From Terracidiphilus sp. (GTDB lineage Bacteria > Acidobacteriota > Terriglobia > Terriglobales > Acidobacteriaceae): 64,000 bases of DNA. Under the pieces are notes generated by a model, which was given only the letters and a program-made list of their open reading frames with translations, searched no databases and was not told the origin of the DNA. How positions within the stretch are numbered: the stretch's first letter is position 1; the number at the start of each line of letters is the position of its first letter. Both the position numbers and the translations under genes were made by a program. Shown in pieces: positions 1 to 7,991 of this stretch. Where the stretch lies: contig JBEKNI010000012.1 of NCBI GenBank assembly GCA_049522975.1, forward strand, positions 29,920 to 93,919, in the 5' to 3' direction.

Positions 1-20
1 GGTGCCCCTCAATCCTGTCT

Positions 21-74
21 GTCATCCTGAGCGGAGTTTGGCGTGTTCTTTGCGACAAACGGAGTCGAAGGACC
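21..74. repeat. REP-like palindromic repeat, family A (GTCATCCTGAGC...GAAGGACC)
   Basis: Shorter copy with the same ends at 33142-33177; both intergenic. Confidence 0.7.
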
Positions 75-85
75 CGCTTCTCGTA

Positions 86-132
86 GGGTGCCCCACCCTC
101 GCGACGTTCTTGTTTTTGTCGCTAGGGTGGGA
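86..132. repeat. REP-like hairpin repeat, family B (GGGTGCCCC-led)
   Basis: GGGTG + CCCACCCT..AGGGTGGG stem; same layout at 33066-33113; related GGGTGCCCC hairpins at 24220-24660, 26566-26600, 27392-27428, 33018-33051. Confidence 0.7.
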
Positions 133-144
133 TACAGGGCTCCC

Positions 145-182
145 AAAAACAAAACGGCCCGAATCCTCTCCGGACCGGGCCG
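145..182 (-). terminator. Intrinsic terminator (candidate attenuator terminator)
   Basis: Minus-strand RNA: CGGCCCG/CGGGCCG 7-bp stem extended by G-U and UCC/GGA pairs, followed by UUUUGUUUUU. Confidence 0.8.
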
Positions 183-205
183 CCTGACTTCAAGATCGGT
201 TGCGT

Positions 206-304
206 CTAGCGCATCTGCCTCTCAGGAACCAAACGGACGGGTCCGTAGACCATACACATGCACATGGCCATGACCGCAATTCCGGATTCCCTTGAGTTCC
301 TCAT
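206..304 (-). CDS. Putative Met/Cys-rich leader peptide MRNSRESGIAVMAMCMCMVYGPVRLVPERQMR (alternative start at 271 gives 21 aa)
   Basis: Translated by hand (below the ORF-track cutoff); M-A-M-C-M-C-M run; stop lies 23 nt before the terminator; promoter directly upstream. Confidence 0.55.
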   Translation of the reverse strand: MRNSRESGIAVMAMCMCMVYGPVRLVPERQMR

Positions 305-311
305 TGTTAGC

Positions 312-341
312 AGTATTCACGGTAGGCGGGGCAAATGTCAA
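312..341 (-). promoter_or_regulatory. Sigma70-type promoter TTGACA-N18-AATACT
   Basis: Perfect -35 at 336-341, 4/6 -10 at 312-317; predicted TSS near 305, adjacent to ATG 304. Confidence 0.5.
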
Positions 342-383
342 ACAAAAACCGAAGCCGCGACGCCCCGAAAGCATATTCTTGGT

Positions 384-971
384 ATGAAGATGGCAATACA
401 AATACCCAAAAATCTCTATCCCAACCTGCTGACCGGCTGGAAGTTCCTCCTATCCTTCCGCAAGACGAATTGGTCGCTGGAGGACTACCCCATCCTCCTC
501 AGCAAACAAGGCAATTCCAGTCAGCGCTTGGGCGAAACGGGGCGATGGACTCTCCCCGCCTATAGTGCCCGCATTGTGAACTGGGCTCTGAGCGGCTCCG
601 GCGACACCGCCGAGGAGGCGATGAACAGCCTCGCGAAGGCATTCAATAGCGCCTGCGAGAAACGTCCAGCGATGCCCCGCCCCGGAACCCGCGTCCCGAT
701 TACATTCGCTTCGCAGGAGCGGATTGCGGCGCATTCGGCTTTGACGCAGGAGTTCCTCGAATCCGTGCTGGGACACGGCGAAGCATGGATCTCCGATGAG
801 TCCTCGCTTTGGGACTTCGCGCTGGGGCATTCGCTCGACGATTACTACACCAAGATTCGCTCCCTTTACGGCGTGGATGTCTCCGATATTCCCGGCGGGA
901 ATCTCGCCGAGATACTCGAAAGAATTGCCAAGTCAAAGCAGAAACGAATCGAATCGAGTGGGGAACGCTAG
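384..971 (+). CDS. Hypothetical protein with HicB-like segment
   Basis: ORF 258..971, start moved to MKMAIQ; YSARIVNWALSGSGDTAEEAMNSL resembles the HicB N-terminal fold. Confidence 0.65.
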   Translation: MKMAIQIPKNLYPNLLTGWKFLLSFRKTNWSLEDYPILLSKQGNSSQRLGETGRWTLPAYSARIVNWALSGSGDTAEEAMNSLAKAFNSACEKRPAMPRPGTRVPITFASQERIAAHSALTQEFLESVLGHGEAWISDESSLWDFALGHSLDDYYTKIRSLYGVDVSDIPGGNLAEILERIAKSKQKRIESSGER

Positions 972-1010
972 TCCCTAGTCCCTATTCCCTAGTCCCTAGT
1001 CCCTAGTCCC
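969..1010. repeat. Heptamer tandem repeat (TAGTCCC)x6, one unit TATTCCC
   Basis: Read directly; contains the stop codons of both convergent genes. Confidence 0.95.
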
Positions 1011-1599
1011 TGCCCCACACGTATGCCCCCGCCTGCGGCAGCCCGATATGCGCCAGCACGCGGTAGACAAACTGCCGCGCCATCTCGGTCGAGTCTTGGG
1101 GCAAGTTGTAGAAGGCCGGGATGCACGGGAAGATCACCGCGCCGGCCTCGGCCGCCAGCGTCATATTCCGCAGATGAATGAGATTGAAGGGCGTCTCCCG
1201 CACGCAGAGAATCAGCGGCCGCCGCTCCTTGAGCGTCACGTCCGCCGCCCGCGCAATCAGCGAGTTGGCCAGCCCATGCGCAATCGCCGCCAGCGTGCCC
1301 ATCGAGCAAGGCAGAATAATCATGCCATTCGACGGATAACTTCCCGAAGCAATCGCCGCGCCAATATCGTTGTCGGAGTGCTGCACTGTCTTCTCAGGCG
1401 TCGAGCCGAGCAGCTTTTCCACGAGGTCGTTGCGCCTAGAAACGCCCAGCTCCTCGGCCATCACGCGCAGCGAGTTCTCCGAAGCGACAAAATGAACGCG
1501 CTCCACGCGCTCATCCGCCTCCAGCGCGCGCAGCATCTCGCGCCCAAAGACCGCACCCGATGCGCCGGTGATTGCGAGAGTGAGGTTGAATCGGTCCAT
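1003..1599 (-). CDS. ubiX: Flavin prenyltransferase UbiX
   Basis: AITGASGA, ASGSY, PCSMGTLAAIAHG, LKERRPLILCVRETP motifs. Confidence 0.95.
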   Translation of the reverse strand: MDRFNLTLAITGASGAVFGREMLRALEADERVERVHFVASENSLRVMAEELGVSRRNDLVEKLLGSTPEKTVQHSDNDIGAAIASGSYPSNGMIILPCSMGTLAAIAHGLANSLIARAADVTLKERRPLILCVRETPFNLIHLRNMTLAAEAGAVIFPCIPAFYNLPQDSTEMARQFVYRVLAHIGLPQAGAYVWGRD

Positions 1600-1605
1600 A
1601 GCGAT

Positions 1606-1968
1606 TTAGCGCGCCCTATGCGAAAGCCAAAATACAAGTCCAAGCCAGAATGGCGAACTGGTTAGCAGACATGAGAGCCACAGCCCGAGCCAGAAATGTC
1701 TCTTGGCCCGCGTTCTGGCAAGGACTTCTTCTGTTTGTCTTCCCGCGAGTTCTACAATCCAACCCAACGTGTAACAGACATTTGCCACGAAGCCATAGAA
1801 AAAGATAGTAAGGCCCGTTTCCAACATCGGGGCTCCATCGGCGGAAGGGGCCTTCTGTACGAAATACTCCATTGCAAAAATCGAGGCAATCCCAATCACG
1901 AACAGAATGGCGTTGTAGGGTAACCGGCGAAGCTCCCACCAGCGAATAATCTCCCAACCTGTCACCAA
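1606..1968 (-). CDS. Hypothetical membrane protein
   Basis: 120 aa, three hydrophobic segments, WWELRRLPYN motif. Confidence 0.7.
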   Translation of the reverse strand: MVTGWEIIRWWELRRLPYNAILFVIGIASIFAMEYFVQKAPSADGAPMLETGLTIFFYGFVANVCYTLGWIVELAGRQTEEVLARTRAKRHFWLGLWLSCLLTSSPFWLGLVFWLSHRAR

Positions 1969-2015
1969 CGTCCTCCTATCTACACCTCTTGCTGCCCCAA
2001 GCTGCCGAGGCAGCC

Positions 2016-2640
2016 GCGCCGTAGGCGCAATGGTTATTAGCCCCGCGCTTCAGCGTGGGGTTGTTGACCCTACCCAGACCCCGGAGTCCCGTAGGGACGG
2101 CGCAACCACCGCTCACCCAAACACATAACGCTCATCGTACACGATTCCGCAATTGCGCAAAAGCGCGACAAATTCCTGCTCAAAATCGCGCTTGCGATGA
2201 TGCTCTTCCTGATTCTGAATGTACTCCTTCACCACCTCAATCTGCGAGGGGCTGACGCTGAATGCTCCGTATCCCTCCTGCCAGGAAAATCCCTCTCCCA
2301 TCCACCGGGAAGAGCTTCCTTTGAGCTTCTGAACCGCATGGGCAAGGGAACACGGTGCCGGCAAGTCAAATAACAGATGAACGTGATTAGCCGTTCCGCC
2401 AGCGGCAATGAGCGAAAAGCCCTCGCCGCGCGCAATGCCGCCCAGGTAGGCATAAAGTTCGGCTATGCGGGCGGCAGGGATGAGCGAGCGGCGCTCTTTG
2501 GTGCTGAAGACGCAATGAATCAAATTGCACGCGTACGTGTGGGCCATGATGCACCGTCCCTACAGGACTCCCATCTTATCAATTGCGATCTCCCACCCCA
2601 CGTTGAAACGCGGGGCTAATAACCACTGCGCCTACGGCGC
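2016..2640. mobile_element. REPtron-like element: Y1 transposase flanked by inverted REP doublets
   Basis: 2016-2060 vs reverse complement of 2596-2640 match 42/45; 2083-2104 vs reverse complement of 2550-2571 match 20/22; no tnpB. Confidence 0.8.
2113..2547 (-). CDS. tnpA: IS200/IS605-family (HUH/Y1) transposase
   Basis: HCVFSTKER, HUH motif NHVHLL, WQEGYGAFSVS, catalytic Tyr in EYIQNQ. Confidence 0.92.
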   Translation of the reverse strand: MAHTYACNLIHCVFSTKERRSLIPAARIAELYAYLGGIARGEGFSLIAAGGTANHVHLLFDLPAPCSLAHAVQKLKGSSSRWMGEGFSWQEGYGAFSVSPSQIEVVKEYIQNQEEHHRKRDFEQEFVALLRNCGIVYDERYVFG

Positions 2641-2647
2641 GGATCCT

Positions 2648-3049
2648 CTATTGGACTTCGCCGCTGTTTTCCTTCCACCCCTCCAGCATCTTCGAGTATT
2701 CGTCCGAATGCCCAATAGCCAGAAACCGCTTCATCTCCTCGAATGCCAGATCGCGTTCTCCCGCGCTCCAGAGTATCCGAAACAGCAGCAGCGAAACCCT
2801 CTCCGACGCAGGCTCCAATCGCACAGCCAAGCGCCCCTCTTCAATCGCCTCGCGATGCCGCCCGCCGCGCGACAGAACCCAGCCCAAATAACTGTGGCCA
2901 AGCGCCAGCCCTGGAAACTCCTCCACCACCGCCGTCAGAATCTGCGTGGCAAAATCCGAGTCGCCGTTCTCATCCGACTCCACTGCCTGACGGATCACTT
3001 CCATCAGCCGCCGTAGATCGTCCTCTTCGAGTTGGTTCATCCGCGTCAC
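2648..3049 (-). CDS. TPR-like hypothetical protein
   Basis: 133 aa, helical TPR-like pattern (HSYLGWVLSRGGRHREAI); overlaps the purB stop. Confidence 0.65.
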   Translation of the reverse strand: MTRMNQLEEDDLRRLMEVIRQAVESDENGDSDFATQILTAVVEEFPGLALGHSYLGWVLSRGGRHREAIEEGRLAVRLEPASERVSLLLFRILWSAGERDLAFEEMKRFLAIGHSDEYSKMLEGWKENSGEVQ

Positions 3050-4356
3050 TCGCCGAGAACGCGCTTGAAGATTGCATCCACATTACCTAACTGCCGCGTG
3101 TAATCGAAGGTCCGCGCCAGCTTTTCCGGGCTCAGCAGCGCGCTGATCGCCGTATCCCGAGCAACTTCGTTGCGGAAAACCAAATCTTCCTTCCACGCGC
3201 GCATCGCGTGAGCCTGCACCAGCCGGTAAGCCTCCTCGCGCAACATTCCCGCCTCGGCCAGGTCCAGCAGCAACTGCCCGCTGAAAATTAATCCGCCGGT
3301 CGATTCGAGGTTCTTCTTCATCCGCTCCGGATAAACCAGCAACCTGTCGATCAGGTCGATCGTCTTGGCCAACAGATAGTCCACCAGGATCGTCGAGTCC
3401 GGAAAAATGACGCGCTCGACCGAAGAGTGCGAAATATCCCGCTCATGCCACAGCGGAATGTTCTCAAACGCCGCCTGCGCATTGCCGCGCAGCACGCGCG
3501 CCAGTCCGCTGATCTGCTCCGATGTGATCGGATTCTTCTTGTGCGGCATCGCCGAGGAGCCTTTTTGCTTTTCGCTGAAGTACTCCTGCGCCTCGCGCAC
3601 CTCGGTACGCTGCAGATGCCTGACCTCGACAGCGATCTTGTCCAGAGTGCTGCCTATAATCGCCAGCGTGGAGATATACGCCGCGTGCCGGTCGCGCTGG
3701 ATCACCTGCGTGGCCACCGGCGCCGGCTTCAGGCCCAGCCGCGCGCAGATGCGCTCCTCGTGCTCCGGCTTCAGGTGGCCAAAGGTCCCCACCGCGCCCG
3801 AGAGCTTACCGACACGCATATCCTCAGAAGCCGCGTCGAAGCGAGTCAGGTTGCGCTCCATCTCGGCGTACCAGTTGAGCAGCTTCAGGCCGAAGGTCGT
3901 CGGTTCCGCATGAATCCCGTGGGTCCGCCCAATCGTCGGCGTCTGCTTGAACTCGACGGCGCGCCGCCTCAGCACGGCCAGCAGTTCCACCAGGCCGGAG
4001 CGAATCAGCACCGAGGCCTCTTTCACCTGCAGCGCCTGCGCCGTATCCACAATGTCATTCGAGGTCAGCCCGTAATGCAGCCAGCGCGATTCGGCTCCAA
4101 GCCCCTGCGCGGTCAGGCTCTCGGCCACCGCGGTGGTGAAGGCGATCACGTCGTGCTTCACCTCGGCCTCGATCTCCTGCACGCGGGCCGCCGAGCAGCT
4201 TGCCTTTGTCGCAATGGCCTCCGCCGCCGCGCTCGGAATCACGCCATCCTCGGCCAGCACGGTGCTCGCCGCCGACTCCACCTCAAGCCAGCAGCGGTAC
4301 TTCTTCTCTTCGGTCCAGATGCGGCCCATCGCCGCGCGGGTATAGCGTTCGATCAA
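3046..4356 (-). CDS. purB: Adenylosuccinate lyase
   Basis: MIERYT start, HYGLTSNDIVD, GRTHGIHAEPTTFG, signature GSSAMPHKKNP. Confidence 0.97.
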   Translation of the reverse strand: MIERYTRAAMGRIWTEEKKYRCWLEVESAASTVLAEDGVIPSAAAEAIATKASCSAARVQEIEAEVKHDVIAFTTAVAESLTAQGLGAESRWLHYGLTSNDIVDTAQALQVKEASVLIRSGLVELLAVLRRRAVEFKQTPTIGRTHGIHAEPTTFGLKLLNWYAEMERNLTRFDAASEDMRVGKLSGAVGTFGHLKPEHEERICARLGLKPAPVATQVIQRDRHAAYISTLAIIGSTLDKIAVEVRHLQRTEVREAQEYFSEKQKGSSAMPHKKNPITSEQISGLARVLRGNAQAAFENIPLWHERDISHSSVERVIFPDSTILVDYLLAKTIDLIDRLLVYPERMKKNLESTGGLIFSGQLLLDLAEAGMLREEAYRLVQAHAMRAWKEDLVFRNEVARDTAISALLSPEKLARTFDYTRQLGNVDAIFKRVLGE

Positions 4357-4425
4357 GGGAAGCTCCTTGCCAGAGCCGCATTCCGCGGCCCTGCCCCAAC
4401 TCTCGATTGTACGAGCCGAACGCCT

Positions 4426-4683
4426 TCAGCCGCGAGGAATCCCCAGCTTCTCGTGCAGCTCATCCACCAGCAGCCCGCGCCCCGGCTTGTAGGGCTGGAA
4501 CCACTCGCCGTCGATCACCAGTTGCGGCACCGCCCGCTTGCCCACCCGGCGCACCAACTCGGCCGAGGCCTCCCGGTCCTTGTCGATGTCGATCTCGGTG
4601 TATTCGATCCCGTGAGATTCGAGGAACTTCCGCGCCGCCCGGCAATCCCCACACCAGGAGACCCCATACATTTCAACTTTCAT
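4426..4683 (-). CDS. Glutaredoxin family protein
   Basis: WCGDC CxxC motif, EIDIDKD, AVPQL. Confidence 0.85.
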   Translation of the reverse strand: MKVEMYGVSWCGDCRAARKFLESHGIEYTEIDIDKDREASAELVRRVGKRAVPQLVIDGEWFQPYKPGRGLLVDELHEKLGIPRG

Positions 4684-4723
4684 GCGCTCATTCTACCTGT
4701 TTTCGCTGCTACCATCAGGAACA

Positions 4724-5209
4724 ATGACCGCCGATGAAATCAAAACTTTGCTGAAACTGGAACCGCTCCCGGTCGAGGGCGGCTTCTTCCGCCGGACCTA
4801 TACCTCCAGAGACGCCGTGGAGCTTCCGCGCGGCCCGCGCCCAGCCGGTACGGCGATCTACTATCTGCTGGAGCCGGGCAGCTTCTCCGCGATGCACCTC
4901 CTCGCCTCTGACGAGATCTATCATTTCTATCTCGGAGACTCTGTGGAAATGCTCCAGCTCTTCCCCGACGGCAGCTCCGCTGTCTTCACTCTTGGACAGG
5001 ATTTGGCGTCAGGCCAGCAGGTGCAACTCGTCGTTCCCGCCGGCGTCTGGCAAGGCGCGCGCCTCGTCGGCAGGGGCAAAGCAGCCCTGCTCGGCTGCAC
5101 GGTAACTCCCGGCTTTGACTTCGCCGATTACCGCAGCGGGAGTGCGGAAGAACTCATTGGGAAATGGTCTGCGCAGGCCGAACGGATCAAGGCGCTGACT
5201 CGGACCTGA
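4724..5209 (+). CDS. Cupin superfamily protein (DUF985-like)
   Basis: LEPLPVEGGFFRRTY, TAIYYLL, DEIYHFYLGD, VPAGVWQ, CTVTPGFDFAD; start moved from 4682. Confidence 0.88.
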   Translation: MTADEIKTLLKLEPLPVEGGFFRRTYTSRDAVELPRGPRPAGTAIYYLLEPGSFSAMHLLASDEIYHFYLGDSVEMLQLFPDGSSAVFTLGQDLASGQQVQLVVPAGVWQGARLVGRGKAALLGCTVTPGFDFADYRSGSAEELIGKWSAQAERIKALTRT

Positions 5210-5306
5210 ACGAACATTGTGCTGTATGGAGCTTCCGTCCGTCTAAACCTGACAGCGAGATGATGGCGTGGATCAACGAAGAATGTGCATGAGTGTGGAG
5301 GACCGG

Positions 5307-5744
5307 ATGAGACTCCTGGCTGCAACCCTGATTGCCTTTCTTTGCAGCATTGCGTTTTCGCAAGAAGCGCATTCAGTTGCAATTCAGCGCATCGAACATG
5401 CAAGTGTCTTCGCATTTGGCGGGACCGGATACGCAGGAGTCACTTCGCAAGGTGAAAAAGACTTTCGAACTATTCTTTCCCAGCCATCCAGCGTCGCCGA
5501 AGTTGACTTCGAAAGGATTTATGCGAGCGGCAATTCAGAAGCAAAGAGTTATGCGCTCGCAGGGATCAGGGAACTCGATCAGGCGCATTTCAAGGTACTC
5601 TTGGAATCGCTAAATGGATCAAATGAAAAGGTCGTGACTATGGAAGGGTGCATCATTGAGGATCGCCCTCTAATTAAGGTTGCCCAAGACATCAACTCTG
5701 GACGATATGATTTCTGGCTAAAGCCTCAAAAGCAATCGCATTGA
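5307..5744 (+). CDS. Hypothetical exported protein
   Basis: GGAGG RBS, signal-peptide-like N-terminus, lower GC than neighbours. Confidence 0.7.
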   Translation: MRLLAATLIAFLCSIAFSQEAHSVAIQRIEHASVFAFGGTGYAGVTSQGEKDFRTILSQPSSVAEVDFERIYASGNSEAKSYALAGIRELDQAHFKVLLESLNGSNEKVVTMEGCIIEDRPLIKVAQDINSGRYDFWLKPQKQSH

Positions 5745-5784
5745 GGAACTCACAAGAATGTGCATCATGAGTGCATGAAATACG

Positions 5785-6234
5785 TTACCGCCGCTCACGA
5801 AAGAAACTTCGCAGTAGCTCCGCCGATTCCTCGGCGAGAACCTCCTGCTCCACCTGCATCTGGTGGTTGAGTTGCGGATGGTTGAGCACGGAAAGCACCG
5901 AGCCAGCCGCGCCAGCCTTGGGATCGGCAGCGGCAAAGACCAGCCTGTCCACCCGCGCATGAATCATCGCCCCGGCGCACATGGCACACGGCTCCAGCGT
6001 AACGTAAAGCGTGCAGCTGGGCAGCCGGTAGTTTCTCAGCGCCGCGGCCGCCGCGCGCAGGGCGACGATCTCCGCGTGAGCGGTAGGGTCCAGGTCGCGC
6101 AGCACTCGATTCTGCCCGCGCGCGACGATCTCTCCCTCGCGCTCGACCACCGCCCCAATCGGCACCTCGCCAGCCTCCCCGGCCAGGCGGGCTTCATCGA
6201 GCGCGGCTTGCATCGCCTCTTGATCGTCGATCAT
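5785..6234 (-). CDS. tadA: tRNA adenosine(34) deaminase
   Basis: EVPIGAV, DPTAHAE, TLEPCAMCAGA, DPKAGA. Confidence 0.95.
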   Translation of the reverse strand: MIDDQEAMQAALDEARLAGEAGEVPIGAVVEREGEIVARGQNRVLRDLDPTAHAEIVALRAAAAALRNYRLPSCTLYVTLEPCAMCAGAMIHARVDRLVFAAADPKAGAAGSVLSVLNHPQLNHQMQVEQEVLAEESAELLRSFFRERR

Positions 6235-7349
6235 GGCTTTAATGGTAGCGCCGCAGGCTGCTGCTGGGTCATGCAGTGCAGTGTACCCAAACCCCAGACC
6301 AAATCGACAGAGTGAATGCCTATGAATTCGCGGCCCGGAAATACCTCCGCCAGAATCTTCAGCGCCACGCGGTCGTTGGGATCGTGGAAGGTGGGAACCA
6401 GCACGAGTTCGTTAGCAATATAGAAGTTGGCATAGCTCGCCGGCAGCCGTTGGCCGCTAAAAACCACCGGCCTGGGCAGCGGTAACTCGACTATGTCAAA
6501 TTGCTTTCCGTCGAGCGTGCGAGCGGCCTTGAGCCGGACGAGGTTCTCGGACAGCGGCGCATGGTTGGGGTCGCTTGTATCCGGCTCGACGGCGGCGACG
6601 ATGGTCGTGGGTGCAACGAAACGCGCGATGTCGTCGATGTGGCCATGCGTGTCGTCTCCGGCGATGCCGCGATTGAACCAAATCACCTGATCGATGCCAA
6701 GATAGTCGTGAAAGGCCCGCTCAAGTTGCGCGCGGCTGACGCCGGGATTGCGCTCTTGCACCTCGCTGAGCAGACACTCCTCTGTGGTGAGCATAATCCC
6801 CGCGCCGTTGGTGTCGATGGAGCCGCCTTCCAGCACCAGCCGCTGCCGAAAGCCGTCCGCCAACTCGACTTCAGGCTGCCACTCGGGCAGGCCAAGCAGC
6901 CCGGCCACGCGCCCCGGAACCTGGTCGTCCAGCCGCCAGTCATCGTATTTGGCCCAGCCGTTGAAGCGCCAGTTGGTAATAGCTACCCTGCCCTCGCTGT
7001 TACGAACAAAGATCGGCCCCGAGTCGCGCATCCAACTGCGGTCGGTGGGCCACAGGTGGAAACTCACACGGTCGAGATTCGCTCCCGCCCGCTCTAGGAT
7101 TCCGCGCACGCGCCGCTCGGCCTTCGCGTCCTCGACCAGAAGATGCACTAATTCCCGCGCGGCCAGCAGGCGCAGAATCTCCGCGTAGAGCCACGGGATT
7201 GCCTGAAACTTACCCGGCCAGTCCTCAGGATTGTGCGGCCAAGCAAGCCAGGTAGCTTCGTGCGGCTCCCACTCGGCGGGCATGTGGTAGCCCCGCTCAC
7301 ACGGCGTAGCTGTTGGTGCAAAAGAGGCAGCCCCCTCAAAACTATTCAT
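6231..7349 (-). CDS. aguA: Agmatine deiminase
   Basis: MPAEWEPH, WMRDSGP, LEGGSID, DDTHGHIDD, GLGTLHCMTQQ. Confidence 0.95.
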   Translation of the reverse strand: MNSFEGAASFAPTATPCERGYHMPAEWEPHEATWLAWPHNPEDWPGKFQAIPWLYAEILRLLAARELVHLLVEDAKAERRVRGILERAGANLDRVSFHLWPTDRSWMRDSGPIFVRNSEGRVAITNWRFNGWAKYDDWRLDDQVPGRVAGLLGLPEWQPEVELADGFRQRLVLEGGSIDTNGAGIMLTTEECLLSEVQERNPGVSRAQLERAFHDYLGIDQVIWFNRGIAGDDTHGHIDDIARFVAPTTIVAAVEPDTSDPNHAPLSENLVRLKAARTLDGKQFDIVELPLPRPVVFSGQRLPASYANFYIANELVLVPTFHDPNDRVALKILAEVFPGREFIGIHSVDLVWGLGTLHCMTQQQPAALPLKP

Positions 7350-7359
7350 CTTTGAGCCT

Positions 7360-7956
7360 TCATCCTTTGCGAAACGACTGCTCCATCTGAATCATGACGG
7401 GCATAGCTGGATTGCGTACAACATCGAATCCCATTCGCTGGAGCTCATCCAAGATCCGTTGAGCCTCAATGCACTTCAATCCCGTAAGACATGTGATCTT
7501 CTTACCCTTCGCAATGAATCCCAAAGATGCAGGACTGAACAGAGGCTCCGCGGCTATATATTGAATTCGCCTGATATCTTCTTTCGCAAAAGATCGAGTA
7601 AGTTTCGCCTTTCCCCAACGCATATGGGTCAAACGAATTGATTCCCCAGTGCATTGCAGATCAATTACCATTGGGTAAAGCACCCGCAAAGCCCAGATCA
7701 GCGGGCAGGCAGCCCAAAAGAACGTGAAAGCTAAATCCCAAGCACCAGTAGTCCCTCGCCACATCAGTGCAAAACTCTCAACAAGCAGAACACAAGTTAA
7801 AGCTATGCCGAAGGAGAGAATCAAGGCCCGTTTCCTTCTTCTGCGCGGATCATAGGCCGTTACATCCCTCTTCACAATCAACTCGTCTGGCTTCACCGTG
7901 ATGCGGAATCCCCAGGAAGCCAGCGTCTCGCTCGTATCGGTTTCCACACTTGCCAA
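7360..7956 (-). CDS. Hypothetical membrane protein
   Basis: 198 aa, two TM segments, AT-richer than the flanking agu genes. Confidence 0.65.
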   Translation of the reverse strand: MASVETDTSETLASWGFRITVKPDELIVKRDVTAYDPRRRRKRALILSFGIALTCVLLVESFALMWRGTTGAWDLAFTFFWAACPLIWALRVLYPMVIDLQCTGESIRLTHMRWGKAKLTRSFAKEDIRRIQYIAAEPLFSPASLGFIAKGKKITCLTGLKCIEAQRILDELQRMGFDVVRNPAMPVMIQMEQSFRKG

Positions 7957-7991
7957 TGCCCGCCCCCTTTCGCGCTATCCTCCCGCCGCCT

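Noticed and set aside
258-383. N-terminal extension of ORF 258..971
   Set aside because: It overlaps the divergent promoter and leader ORF; MKMAIQ at 384 is a more plausible start
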